DNA of 64,000 bases from positions 102,122 to 166,121 of the forward strand of contig CAVVPT010000016.1 in assembly GCA_963750125.1 (NCBI GenBank), read 5' to 3'. Below are positions 56,146 to 64,000 of this stretch, piece after piece. Within the stretch, counting starts at the first letter, position 1; each line of letters opens with the position of its first letter. Source of the DNA: an uncultured Chloroflexia bacterium. Its GTDB lineage: Bacteria; Chloroflexota; Limnocylindria; Limnocylindrales; CSP1-4. A model generated the notes under the pieces. The model ran no database searches. It was not told the DNA's origin and saw nothing but the letters and a program-made list of their open reading frames with translations. Position numbers and translations under genes: made by a program.

Positions 56146-57258
56146 GTGAGCAGCACTTCTGGAGCGATCCTCGGCCGGTTCCTCAGCCCGTTGCTCGCCG
56201 TCGCCCTGCTCCTGGATGGGTCTGCCGGCGCCACAACGGCGACCGCGAGCACAAGCGCCGGCGCCACGAGCCCGACACTTGCCCACCTCGTCGGGCAGAA
56301 GCTGATCATCCGCATGGACGGCACGTCCCCGAGCGCGAGCCTGCTCGGCCGAGTGCGGCGAGGCGAGATCGGCGGGATCGTCCTGTTCGGCTTCAACATC
56401 ACGACGAAATCGGCGCTGATCGCGGCGGTTTCCAAGCTCCAGGCCGCCGCGGCGGCGGGCGGTCAGCCACCGCTGTTGATCATGGTCGACCAGGAGGGCG
56501 GCACCGTCCGGCGGATCCCGTGGGCCGGCCCGACCCTGAGTGCACGTGAGATGGGGATCAAGAACAGCGTCGACCTCGTCACCCAGCAGGGATCCTCGAG
56601 CGCGGCCGCGCTCGACGCGTCCTCGATCAACGTGAACCTGGCGCCGGTCGCCGACGTCGCCGACTCGACCGCCTCGTTCATGTATCAACAGGCCCGGACG
56701 TTCGGGTTCAGCAACACCCTCGTCGGGCGGCTCGCGCTGGCCTTCGCGAACGGGACCAGCTCGCAAGGCGTGGTGCCGGTCTTCAAGCACTTCCCGGGCA
56801 TCGGCCGGGCGACCCGCAACACGGACCGGTACAGGGTCGTCATCGGGGCGTCGCGAACGACCCTTAACGAGGACCTGTATCCGTTCCGGCACGCGATGGC
56901 TGCCGGCGGCGCGCCCATGCTGATGTTGTCGAACGCGACGTACTCGGCCTGGGACTCCGCGAATGGCGCCGGCTGGTCGAAGGCCGTCGGCGCGTACCTG
57001 CGAAACGATCTCGGCTACACCGGCGCGACCATCACGGACTCGCTCAGCGGCCAACCTACGACGTACCGCCTGTCGCTCACGGTGATTGCCGCTCGCGCGT
57101 GCCGCGCCGGCACCGACATGCTCATGCTGACGGGCAGCGAGGGATCGACCGCGAAGACCTTCAACAGCCTACTTGCCCTCGCCGGATCCGGATCGATCCC
57201 GAGGGCCACCTTGCAGACGTCCTACGACCGGATCGTCACCCTCAAGTCCAGGTTCTAG
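56146..57258 (+). CDS. glycoside hydrolase family 3 (NagZ-like beta-N-acetylhexosaminidase), secreted
   Basis: Signal peptide, plus the motifs VDQEGGTVRR and KHFPGIG. The start is GTG 56146 or ATG 56074. Confidence 0.85.
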   Translation: MSSTSGAILGRFLSPLLAVALLLDGSAGATTATASTSAGATSPTLAHLVGQKLIIRMDGTSPSASLLGRVRRGEIGGIVLFGFNITTKSALIAAVSKLQAAAAAGGQPPLLIMVDQEGGTVRRIPWAGPTLSAREMGIKNSVDLVTQQGSSSAAALDASSINVNLAPVADVADSTASFMYQQARTFGFSNTLVGRLALAFANGTSSQGVVPVFKHFPGIGRATRNTDRYRVVIGASRTTLNEDLYPFRHAMAAGGAPMLMLSNATYSAWDSANGAGWSKAVGAYLRNDLGYTGATITDSLSGQPTTYRLSLTVIAARACRAGTDMLMLTGSEGSTAKTFNSLLALAGSGSIPRATLQTSYDRIVTLKSRF

Positions 57259-57262
57259 CCGG

Positions 57263-58990
57263 TCAGTCGTCGCCGTTCAGCTCTCGCATGCGGAGCACGA
57301 TCCGGGCGATCAGGAGCAGCAGGATGACAAGCAGGCCGTAATGGACCCACGCATAGTCCACGCCTCCCGGCAGCATGCGCCGCGTTTCGTCCGGCTCGCG
57401 AAGCACGAAATACAGCACCGCGCCGACGACCAACACGGAGACGCCGAGCTGCACCAGCCCGCGGCGAACGGCCTGCATCCGCCTCCGGAAGCCGAGCAGC
57501 GTCGACTTTGCCTCGTCGATGAATGACTCCTGCGATTCGATGAATTCGAAGAACCTGACCGCCCGGCGAATCCGGACGGACGCCTCGTAGAACCGGTCCA
57601 TTGCCTGACGGGGATCGGCAAGCGCGAGCGCTCGCTGACGCATGTAACGCGTGAAGAAGTGCTGGACGTTGGCACGCAGGTCGTACCTGATGGCGAGCTC
57701 GTGGCGGATTGTTCCGAGCATCACGAGCATCTTCAGGTAGGCAACGATGCCGGGCGAGAAGGTGAGTTGGTGGTCGCGGATCCCCCGCATGGTGTCCATC
57801 GCGAGGCGCGAATACGGGTTGGCGCGGGGCGGGCGAGCGGGAGGCGCGGCCGCCTCGGCGCCTTCGGGAGCCGGCTTGTCGCGCGCCTCGACGTCGAACG
57901 CGCCCATCTCGTAGACGAACGCACGATGCACGCTGACGAGATACGTGCGCGCGGCTTCGGGATCCGTGCTGGTCGTCGGAGCGAGCCAGCGCATGAGCTC
58001 CGTGACAGCGGCATCGACGTCCCCGTGGAAGAGGAGCCAGCTGTAGTGGGAGAGTGAATCCCTCGTTTCGTCCGGTAGGCTGCCGACGATCCCGTAGTCC
58101 ACGTACCCGATCGCGTTGCCCGGCAGCACGAACAGGTTCGCCGGGTGAAGGTCCGCGTGGAAATACCCGTGGACGAAGACCTGGTTGAGCATGTTCCAGT
58201 CCAGGTTGCGCACGATCCGGTCCGGGTCATAGCCGCGCGCTCGCAGCGACGCGAGGTAGTCGGCGTCCTTGTTCCGCGACGCGATCATGACCTCGTAGAG
58301 CGAGATCCCCTCGATGAGCTCCGAGGTCAGGACTCGCGACGTCGTGTAGTCGCGATAGACGCGAGCGATGCGCTCGAGGCGTTCGCCGACCGCGTGTTCA
58401 TGGAGGAGTGCCGCCTGGCGCGCCTCGACGAGATAGTCGAGCTCGTCGGCTGTCCAGCGCGCGAACTCGTCGATGACCTGCCGCGATTTCGTCCCGCCGA
58501 ACAGCCGCGACCGATCGATGATCCCGCTGACCGCATACATCAGCCCGATGTCCGATCGGAAGTCGGCGCGGATCCCGGGGCGCTGGACCTTGACGGCGAC
58601 GCGCTCTCCGGTCGGGAGGACCGCACGGTGGACCTGGCCGATCGAAGCGGCGGCGAAGGAGCGTTCCTCGAATTCGGCGAACACCTCCTCCGGGGGCCCG
58701 CCCAGCTCCTCGGTCACGATCAAGCGGACGTCGTCGTAGGAGAAGGGCCGGACCTGGCCAAGGAGCTTGAGGAGCTCCGAGCAGTACGCCGGCGGGAGCA
58801 GGTCGAAGCGCATCGCCAGCATCTGGCCGAGCTTGACCCACGCGCCGCCGAGCTCCTCAATGGCAAGACGCATGCGAACGGCGCCCGGTTCCGGCGGCGC
58901 CCGGAACGGGAGCTTCGGCAGGATGAAGAAGCGCGAGAAGACGCCCATGACGCGCCACAGCCTGCCGGGGTGGCGGAGGAGGGTCATCAT
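57263..58990 (-). CDS. ABC1/UbiB (AarF) family atypical kinase, C-terminal TM helices
   Basis: Motifs [31 protein letters not shown]...VAVKVQRP and [12 protein letters not shown] 58990 lies 8 nt after GGGAGG. Confidence 0.9.
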   Translation of the reverse strand: MMTLLRHPGRLWRVMGVFSRFFILPKLPFRAPPEPGAVRMRLAIEELGGAWVKLGQMLAMRFDLLPPAYCSELLKLLGQVRPFSYDDVRLIVTEELGGPPEEVFAEFEERSFAAASIGQVHRAVLPTGERVAVKVQRPGIRADFRSDIGLMYAVSGIIDRSRLFGGTKSRQVIDEFARWTADELDYLVEARQAALLHEHAVGERLERIARVYRDYTTSRVLTSELIEGISLYEVMIASRNKDADYLASLRARGYDPDRIVRNLDWNMLNQVFVHGYFHADLHPANLFVLPGNAIGYVDYGIVGSLPDETRDSLSHYSWLLFHGDVDAAVTELMRWLAPTTSTDPEAARTYLVSVHRAFVYEMGAFDVEARDKPAPEGAEAAAPPARPPRANPYSRLAMDTMRGIRDHQLTFSPGIVAYLKMLVMLGTIRHELAIRYDLRANVQHFFTRYMRQRALALADPRQAMDRFYEASVRIRRAVRFFEFIESQESFIDEAKSTLLGFRRRMQAVRRGLVQLGVSVLVVGAVLYFVLREPDETRRMLPGGVDYAWVHYGLLVILLLLIARIVLRMRELNGDD

Positions 58991-59090
58991 CGCGCCCACC
59001 TCCCAGCGGCGGCGATGTCCACGGGGGCGGTCGGCGGGCTAGCCCGTCACCGCATCGCTTTGAGGCGACAAGGGATCGGTTCCGGCTGCC

Positions 59091-59507
59091 TCAGTCGGCG
59101 TCATCGTCCATTGAGACGCGACGTCGCCCGCGCGGCCGTCCGAACTCCTCCTCCCAGTCCCGGCCTGCGTCCACCAGCACGTCGAGGGTGTGACGCGACC
59201 ACTTTACGAAGAGGCTCATCGCACCTTCGGCCGCGAGCTGCCCTTTTCGCGTGAGAAGGCCCATGGTTCGGGCCCGCTCTGCGAACCACGCGTCCGAGCC
59301 TTCGATATCCGCGAGGCGTCGCTCGCGTTCACGTCGTGCGAACGCGGCGCGTTCCTCCGCGGTGGGGCCTTGTACCCAAGCCTGCCGCCGGCGACGCTCA
59401 TCTTCGGCCCATGCCTCGATCTCCGCGTCTGTCGGCTCGAGCTTCACGTCCTCCGTCAACGGCGGTTCGACGGCGACTGCGTCTGGTTGCTCGCGACTCT
59501 CGACCAT
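59091..59507 (-). CDS. hypothetical charged helical protein (138 aa)
   Basis: ATG 59507 preceded by GGGAGGAAC. Confidence 0.6.
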   Translation of the reverse strand: MVESREQPDAVAVEPPLTEDVKLEPTDAEIEAWAEDERRRRQAWVQGPTAEERAAFARRERERRLADIEGSDAWFAERARTMGLLTRKGQLAAEGAMSLFVKWSRHTLDVLVDAGRDWEEEFGRPRGRRRVSMDDDAD

Positions 59508-59618
59508 GTTCCTCCCCCAAACAGTCTGTCTGAACCGCGAGAGTACACCCGGCGCGGAGCGAGGGTCGAGGTACGAAATTGTCAAGCGCAACGGTCTCGC
59601 GCCGCTACCCTGAGCTAC

Positions 59619-60078
59619 ATGGACCGACACCGCCCTTCTCGATCGCTTCCGAACCGGCTTCGACGACGTCATCGATGCCCTGGCCGGCGTCACGCCGGAA
59701 GAGCTCGATCGAAGGCCGCCCGATGGTTGGAGCGCTCGCGAGATCGCCCATCACCTCGCCGACAGCGAGGCGACGGCTTACATCCGGCTGCGCCGGCTGA
59801 TCGCAGAGGACAACCCGACGATCATCGGGTACGACGAGGAGGAGTTCGCTCGGCGGCTCCATTACGACCGCCCGATCGAACCGTCGCTCGCGGTCCTCGC
59901 CGGGGTGCGCGCCGCCAGCCTCCAGCTGCTCGAGTCACTTACCGACGAGGAGTGGCAGCGCACGGGCACCCACACGGACTCCGGCGCGTACTCGGTCGAC
60001 GACTGGCTGCGGATCTACGCCGGCCACTCGCACGACCACGCCGACCAGATCCGCCGCGCCCGCCGCGGCGAGGGGTAG
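59619..60078 (+). CDS. DinB-family (DinB_2) metal-dependent protein, apparent 1-nt insertion right after the ATG
   Basis: It is not in the ORF track. The frame from 59620 reads WTDTALLDRFRTGFDDVIDALAGVTPEELDRRPPDGWSAREIAHHLADSE...YAGHSHDHADQIRRARRGEG* (stop at 60076-60078) with no in-frame start. The ATG at 59619 is one base out of frame. Confidence 0.75.
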
Positions 60079-60177
60079 GGGATCGGGTCGGTTACTGTTG
60101 GCCGGAACCGCGTGCGTGCGATCGCCCAGGATTTCGTTCACGCAAATTCAGGTCCCGTCACAGCCCTGAGGTGAACC

Positions 60178-61293
60178 GTGGAGCGCCACGCCGTCCCACG
60201 AGTCGTTCTCGGCGCGGCGCTCTTCGCGCTTGCCGCCTGCAGTCCCGCCACGGGTGGTTCCGCCAGCGTCACGCCGACGATTGAGCCCCTTCAAACCACG
60301 ACACCAGAGGCAACACAGGCATCGCTGCTGCCTGATGGCTCCTGGCAGGTCGACTTGACCCCTGAAGAGCTGATCGCCGCAGGGTCCCCAGTCGAAGATG
60401 CGCATGGCGGCAAGTACACGTATACGTTCGCCGGGACGCGGGCAAGGATCAACGTTGAATGGACCGATCAAGGCGAGATCGAATGCACCGCCGATGCAGA
60501 GCCCTCAACACGGGGTGTGGCGCTGAAGTACGAGGCCGGGCCATGCGGGGGTGGCGTGGACACGATCCATTGGATGCTCGACGCCGATGGTCTTCATCTG
60601 GTGCTCGACGCCACGAACTCAGGCGCCCTTGCCGCCAACAAGGCCTGGACGGAGGCGAAAGTCTGGCAGCCGATCGCGGGACAGGCGCCGTTGGGCACCG
60701 TCCCGCCGTGGCAAGCACGGTGCGAGCCAGGCTGCCAGGGCCCGATCGCCGCCGGCACCTTCGAATCCAGCGGGTTCATGCCCGGTCTCCAGATGACCTT
60801 CGCGGATGACTCGTGGTTCAACACCGCCGACTATCCCGATGAGATCGAGTTCGACCGCAGCGACTCGGCCCTGCGGTTCTGGCAGATGCCGGGAGCTTCT
60901 TCAGATACCGGCGAGTTGCTCGCCGATGTACCGCGGACTGTGGACGGACTCACGGACTGGTTCGTCGGCAACCCGGACATGGACGTGTCGGATCCCGAGG
61001 AGATCACCATTGATGATGGGATCGCAGCGAAGACGTTCACTTTCGACGTTTCGGACGCGAACGTGAACGACGATCCGGGCTGCCCCGTCAAGTCGTGTCT
61101 GAATGTTCTCTGGATCAACGATGGCCACGTCTTCGGGATCGCCGATGGCTCGGGCGAGCGGCTGTACCTGTTCGACGTTGGAACGGGGCCGGATGCCCGC
61201 ACCATCGTCGCTTCCGTGGACACACCCCCACAGAAGCTCGACAAGATGTCATCCGACGTCGACGCGATCCTCTCGACCCTTCACGCGCCCTGA
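60178..61293 (+). CDS. lipoprotein, unknown function
   Basis: GTG start, lipobox LAAC, 371 aa, several Cys pairs. Confidence 0.7.
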   Translation: MERHAVPRVVLGAALFALAACSPATGGSASVTPTIEPLQTTTPEATQASLLPDGSWQVDLTPEELIAAGSPVEDAHGGKYTYTFAGTRARINVEWTDQGEIECTADAEPSTRGVALKYEAGPCGGGVDTIHWMLDADGLHLVLDATNSGALAANKAWTEAKVWQPIAGQAPLGTVPPWQARCEPGCQGPIAAGTFESSGFMPGLQMTFADDSWFNTADYPDEIEFDRSDSALRFWQMPGASSDTGELLADVPRTVDGLTDWFVGNPDMDVSDPEEITIDDGIAAKTFTFDVSDANVNDDPGCPVKSCLNVLWINDGHVFGIADGSGERLYLFDVGTGPDARTIVASVDTPPQKLDKMSSDVDAILSTLHAP

Positions 61294-61334
61294 GCTCGAT
61301 CCTTCCAGACCTGTGATACCCAGGCTCCGCCGGG

Positions 61335-61766
61335 TCAGGTCGGGTTCGGGCCGGGGTCGCCGCCGGTGGCTGCGATCTCGAGGCGCGGGAGGAACGTGTC
61401 CCAGCCCGTACGGTGGATCGGCACGTCCTCGGGCGGCAGGCCGCGGTGAGTGAGGCGGACGAGGGTGCCATCACCGTCGGGTGTCAGCTCGAACTCGACC
61501 GTTGACGTTCCCGGCGGCATCCGCGAGTGCTGCTGCCAGCCCCAGCTCACGACGACCCGGCGATCCGGCTCAACCGCCACGAATTCGCCTTCGACGACCT
61601 GGCCTTCGGCCATGCGCACCATGAACCGGCCGCCCGGCGTCGGCTCCAACTCGACTGTCTCGCCCTGCCAGCGCGCCCACAGATCCGATTCAGTCAGGTA
61701 GCGAAAGACCGCTGACGGCTGCGCTGCGATCCGGCGCTCGACGCGAATGACGTCCGCCTCGGTCAT
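61335..61766 (-). CDS. SRPBCC (AHSA1/START-like) domain protein
   Basis: ATGA overlap with the ArsR gene, 143 aa. Contains IAAQPSAVFRYLTESDLWARW. Confidence 0.85.
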   Translation of the reverse strand: MTEADVIRVERRIAAQPSAVFRYLTESDLWARWQGETVELEPTPGGRFMVRMAEGQVVEGEFVAVEPDRRVVVSWGWQQHSRMPPGTSTVEFELTPDGDGTLVRLTHRGLPPEDVPIHRTGWDTFLPRLEIAATGGDPGPNPT

Positions 61767-62098
61767 TTGCCCTTCCTCGGGTTCGGGTTTGGATCGGATT
61801 CGACGGCCGCCGCCAGTCGGTCGAGCGAGGACGACCACATCGCCTCAAGCGCGTGGGCGAGAGGACCGAGCGCCTGGCGGTCAGTCCGGTAGTAGCGCTG
61901 GTTGCCGGCGCGCCGGACGTTGACGAAACCCGCGTCCCGGAGGACGGCGAGGTGCTGCGACACGGCCCCGAACGTCACGTCGAACTGGGCGGCGATATCA
62001 CCCGCCGATCGCTCGCGGTCCCAGACGAGGCGAAGGATCTCGCGCCGGCGCGGCTCGCCGATGACCTGCAGCGCGTCCACGCCGAACATTTTAGCCAC
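61763..62098 (-). CDS. ArsR/SmtB family transcriptional regulator
   Basis: Winged HTH RREILRLVWDRERSAGDIAAQFDVTFGAVSQHLAVLRDAGFV. Confidence 0.9.
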   Translation of the reverse strand: MAKMFGVDALQVIGEPRRREILRLVWDRERSAGDIAAQFDVTFGAVSQHLAVLRDAGFVNVRRAGNQRYYRTDRQALGPLAHALEAMWSSSLDRLAAAVESDPNPNPRKGK

Positions 62099-62168
62099 GG
62101 TTGAAATACTCTGAGCGACGAGCTAGTGTAGGCGCTACTAAAATAGCTGTGCATGGAGGACCTGAGAG

Positions 62169-62591
62169 GTGGGCGAATACCACGTGCTCATGCAGTTCGA
62201 CATCGACGCGGAGCCCGACGTCGTGCGGCGCGCGCTAAAGACCGAGGAGGGCATTCGCGCGTGGTGGTCGAAGCGCACCGACCTCAATGGGGACGGCCTC
62301 CACGTCTCCTTCCCCGATGTCCCGCAACCGTTCGAGTTCGAGGTCCGCGACGGCAACGTCCATCTCGACTGGGTGACCGGTGGTTTTCCGCCATGGTGGG
62401 CCGGCACGACCATCCGCTGGATCGTCGAACCGAACCCCGACAAGCCCGGGACGCGGCTGAACTTCTCGCATCGCGACTACGATCCCGACAACCCGGTCAT
62501 CCCGATCATCACGCCGGCCTGGGCACAGATCATCCTGCGACTCAAGGCCTACGCCGAGACCGGCCAGCCACAGCCGTTCTTCGACTTCTGA
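62169..62591 (+). CDS. SRPBCC (AHSA1-like) domain protein
   Basis: GTG start, 140 aa. Confidence 0.8.
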   Translation: MGEYHVLMQFDIDAEPDVVRRALKTEEGIRAWWSKRTDLNGDGLHVSFPDVPQPFEFEVRDGNVHLDWVTGGFPPWWAGTTIRWIVEPNPDKPGTRLNFSHRDYDPDNPVIPIITPAWAQIILRLKAYAETGQPQPFFDF

Positions 62592-62592
62592 G

Positions 62593-63036
62593 ATGGCCCT
62601 CGACGTTAGCGCCTCGCTCGTGATCGAAGCGCCACCCGATGCCGTCGCTCGCGTCCAGTTCGACCCGACCCGCGACCCCGAGTGGATCGGCGGCGTCGAC
62701 CGCATCGAGCTCGTCACGCCGCCCCCGCTGATTGTTGGCTCGCAGGTCCGCCGGATCGGCGGTTTCCTCGGCCGCAAGATCGTGTGGCTGATGCGGGTCG
62801 AGAATCTCGAGCCCGACCGGCTCGTCTCGATGCACGCCCTCGAGAGCCCGTTCCCGATGGACGTCGACTACCGGCTCGAGCCTGCTGATGGCGGCGGCAC
62901 CCGGGCGAGCATCCGGGTCCGCGGCTCGGGCGGCAGCGTGTACGGGATGCCCGGCTTCCTGCAGGGCCCGATGGTCCGCCGCTCCGTCCAGTCGGACCTG
63001 GGTCGCCTGAAACGGATTGTCGAGGCGACGCGCTAG
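62593..63036 (+). CDS. SRPBCC/polyketide cyclase-dehydrase-like protein
   Basis: The start lies 1 nt after the upstream stop, 147 aa. Confidence 0.8.
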   Translation: MALDVSASLVIEAPPDAVARVQFDPTRDPEWIGGVDRIELVTPPPLIVGSQVRRIGGFLGRKIVWLMRVENLEPDRLVSMHALESPFPMDVDYRLEPADGGGTRASIRVRGSGGSVYGMPGFLQGPMVRRSVQSDLGRLKRIVEATR

Positions 63037-63134
63037 CGTGGATTGGCGGTCACAAAGCGGGCCTCGAGGCGCGACGCCGTCCGGGCATCCGCATGGAGGT
63101 CGTACAAGATCGTCGCCGCGCGCGGACCTCCTGA

Positions 63135-64000
63135 TCAGCGCACCAGGTACGTGGTCAGCACGCCCAGGCCTTTGACCTCGCTCGTTCGCTCCTCGAAGTC
63201 GACCGCGCTTCCCAGCAAGGCGCGTGTCGCGGCCGAGACCTGGATCCGCCCCGGTATGCCCGAGGACTCCATGCGCGAGGCCATGTTGACCGTGTCGCCC
63301 CACAGGTCGAACAACAGCCGGCGTTGGCCGATCACGCCGCCGACGACCGGCCCGCTGGCGACACCGACGCGGACCTCGATCGGGACGCCGATTCCGCCCG
63401 ACGCGCGGAGACGGCAGCGATGGCATCGCGCGCGAAACCGAGGGCTGCGCCAGCATGGTCGGCACGGGGCAGGGGCGCACCGGCGACCGCCATGTACGCG
63501 TCGCCGATCGTTTTGATCTTCTCGAGTCCCCGCCGCTCGGCAAGCGCATCGAAGGTTGAGAAAAGGCCGTCCAGCATCTCGACGACCTGTTCGGGCGGCG
63601 TGCTCTGCGCCCACGGCGTGAAGCCGACGATGTCGGCGAACAGCACGGTGGTCTCCGGATATCGCTCGGCGATCCGGCGCTCGCCTCGACGCAGGCGAGC
63701 AACGATCGGGCGTGGGATGGCGTTCGTCAGCAGCTCGTCGACCTTCGCTTCGGCGGCCAGGCGACGCATGTCGGTGTAGCGCAGCAGGAGAAAGACGATC
63801 GCGAGCGGCAGGACCGCGTTCTGGAGCGTGCCGAACAACTGGACAGGGTACGGGGCAGGCGGAACGGCTGCTCGCACCCACGGGTCGATGACGACCAGCA
63901 GGACGACCATGCCGATGAATGCCCAGAACCACGGCATCGCCCGCCGTGGACCGAGGGCAAGGATCGCGTACGCGGGGACAAGGAACCCCCAGACAAGTCC
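63135..64000 (-). CDS. membrane-anchored class III adenylate/guanylate cyclase, 5' end beyond the window, frameshifted near 63402-63412
   Basis: The frame of ORF 63332-63937 stays open to the window edge through TM helices and gives TVLFADIVGFTPW...KTIGDAYMAVAG. The second frame (63135-63932) gives VRVGVASGPVVGGVIGQRRLLFDLWGDTVNMASRMESSG. Confidence 0.85.
   Translation of the reverse strand, partial: TCLGVPCPRVRDPCPRSTAGDAVVLGIHRHGRPAGRHRPVGASSRSACPVPCPVVRHAPERGPAARDRLSPAALHRHASPGRRSEGRRAADERHPTPDRCSPASRRAPDRRAISGDHRAVRRHRRLHAVGAEHAARTGRRDAGRPFLNLRCACRAAGTREDQNDRRRVHGGRRCAPAPCRPCWRSPRFRARCHRCRLRASGGIGVPIEVRVGVASGPVVGGVIGQRRLLFDLWGDTVNMASRMESSGIPGRIQVSAATRALLGSAVDFEERTSEVKGLGVLTTYLVR

Overview
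This is a high-G+C chromosomal segment (G+C judged by eye, not computed). Actinobacterial hallmarks include a PAC2 protein, two DUF385 deazaflavin-type oxidoreductases, a DinB protein, an ECF41-like sigma factor, GGAGG ribosome-binding sites and at least one leaderless-looking start. I call about 70 protein genes. I found no rRNA, tRNA, CRISPR array, transposase or integrase. Most long ORFs antisense to these genes in the supplied track are high-GC mirror artefacts. Content is mixed housekeeping and accessory: an ABC-2 exporter; a very large soluble 6xGAF-3xPAS sensor kinase with an orphan receiver and a NarL-type regulator; a GreA elongation factor fused to an unknown N-terminal domain; a DEAD-box helicase; a DUF2089-DUF4097-SHOCT envelope-stress-like operon; a HipA-like kinase/DUF3037 pair; a WYL regulator; an SOS-box-controlled radical SAM gene; an ECF sigma/DUF385/VOC/PGM1-like ATP-grasp cluster; two TetR modules with clear operators; and an ArsR module with three SRPBCC genes. 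The best candidate for an undescribed system is 45052-50179. It encodes three peptidoglycan-hydrolase-fold proteins without signal peptides, a signal-less PhoD-like phosphatase and a membrane protein with an acidic tail. Six otherwise intact genes each show a single-nucleotide frameshift (near 5351, 10751, 31979, 53591, 59622 and 63405). Two genes are absent from the ORF track: the edge-truncated permease at 1-973 and the DinB gene at 59619-60078. A sugar ABC permease survives only as a ~50-codon 3' remnant at 34682-34840, marking a rearrangement junction. Coordinates of starts and motifs were counted by hand and may be off by a few nt.
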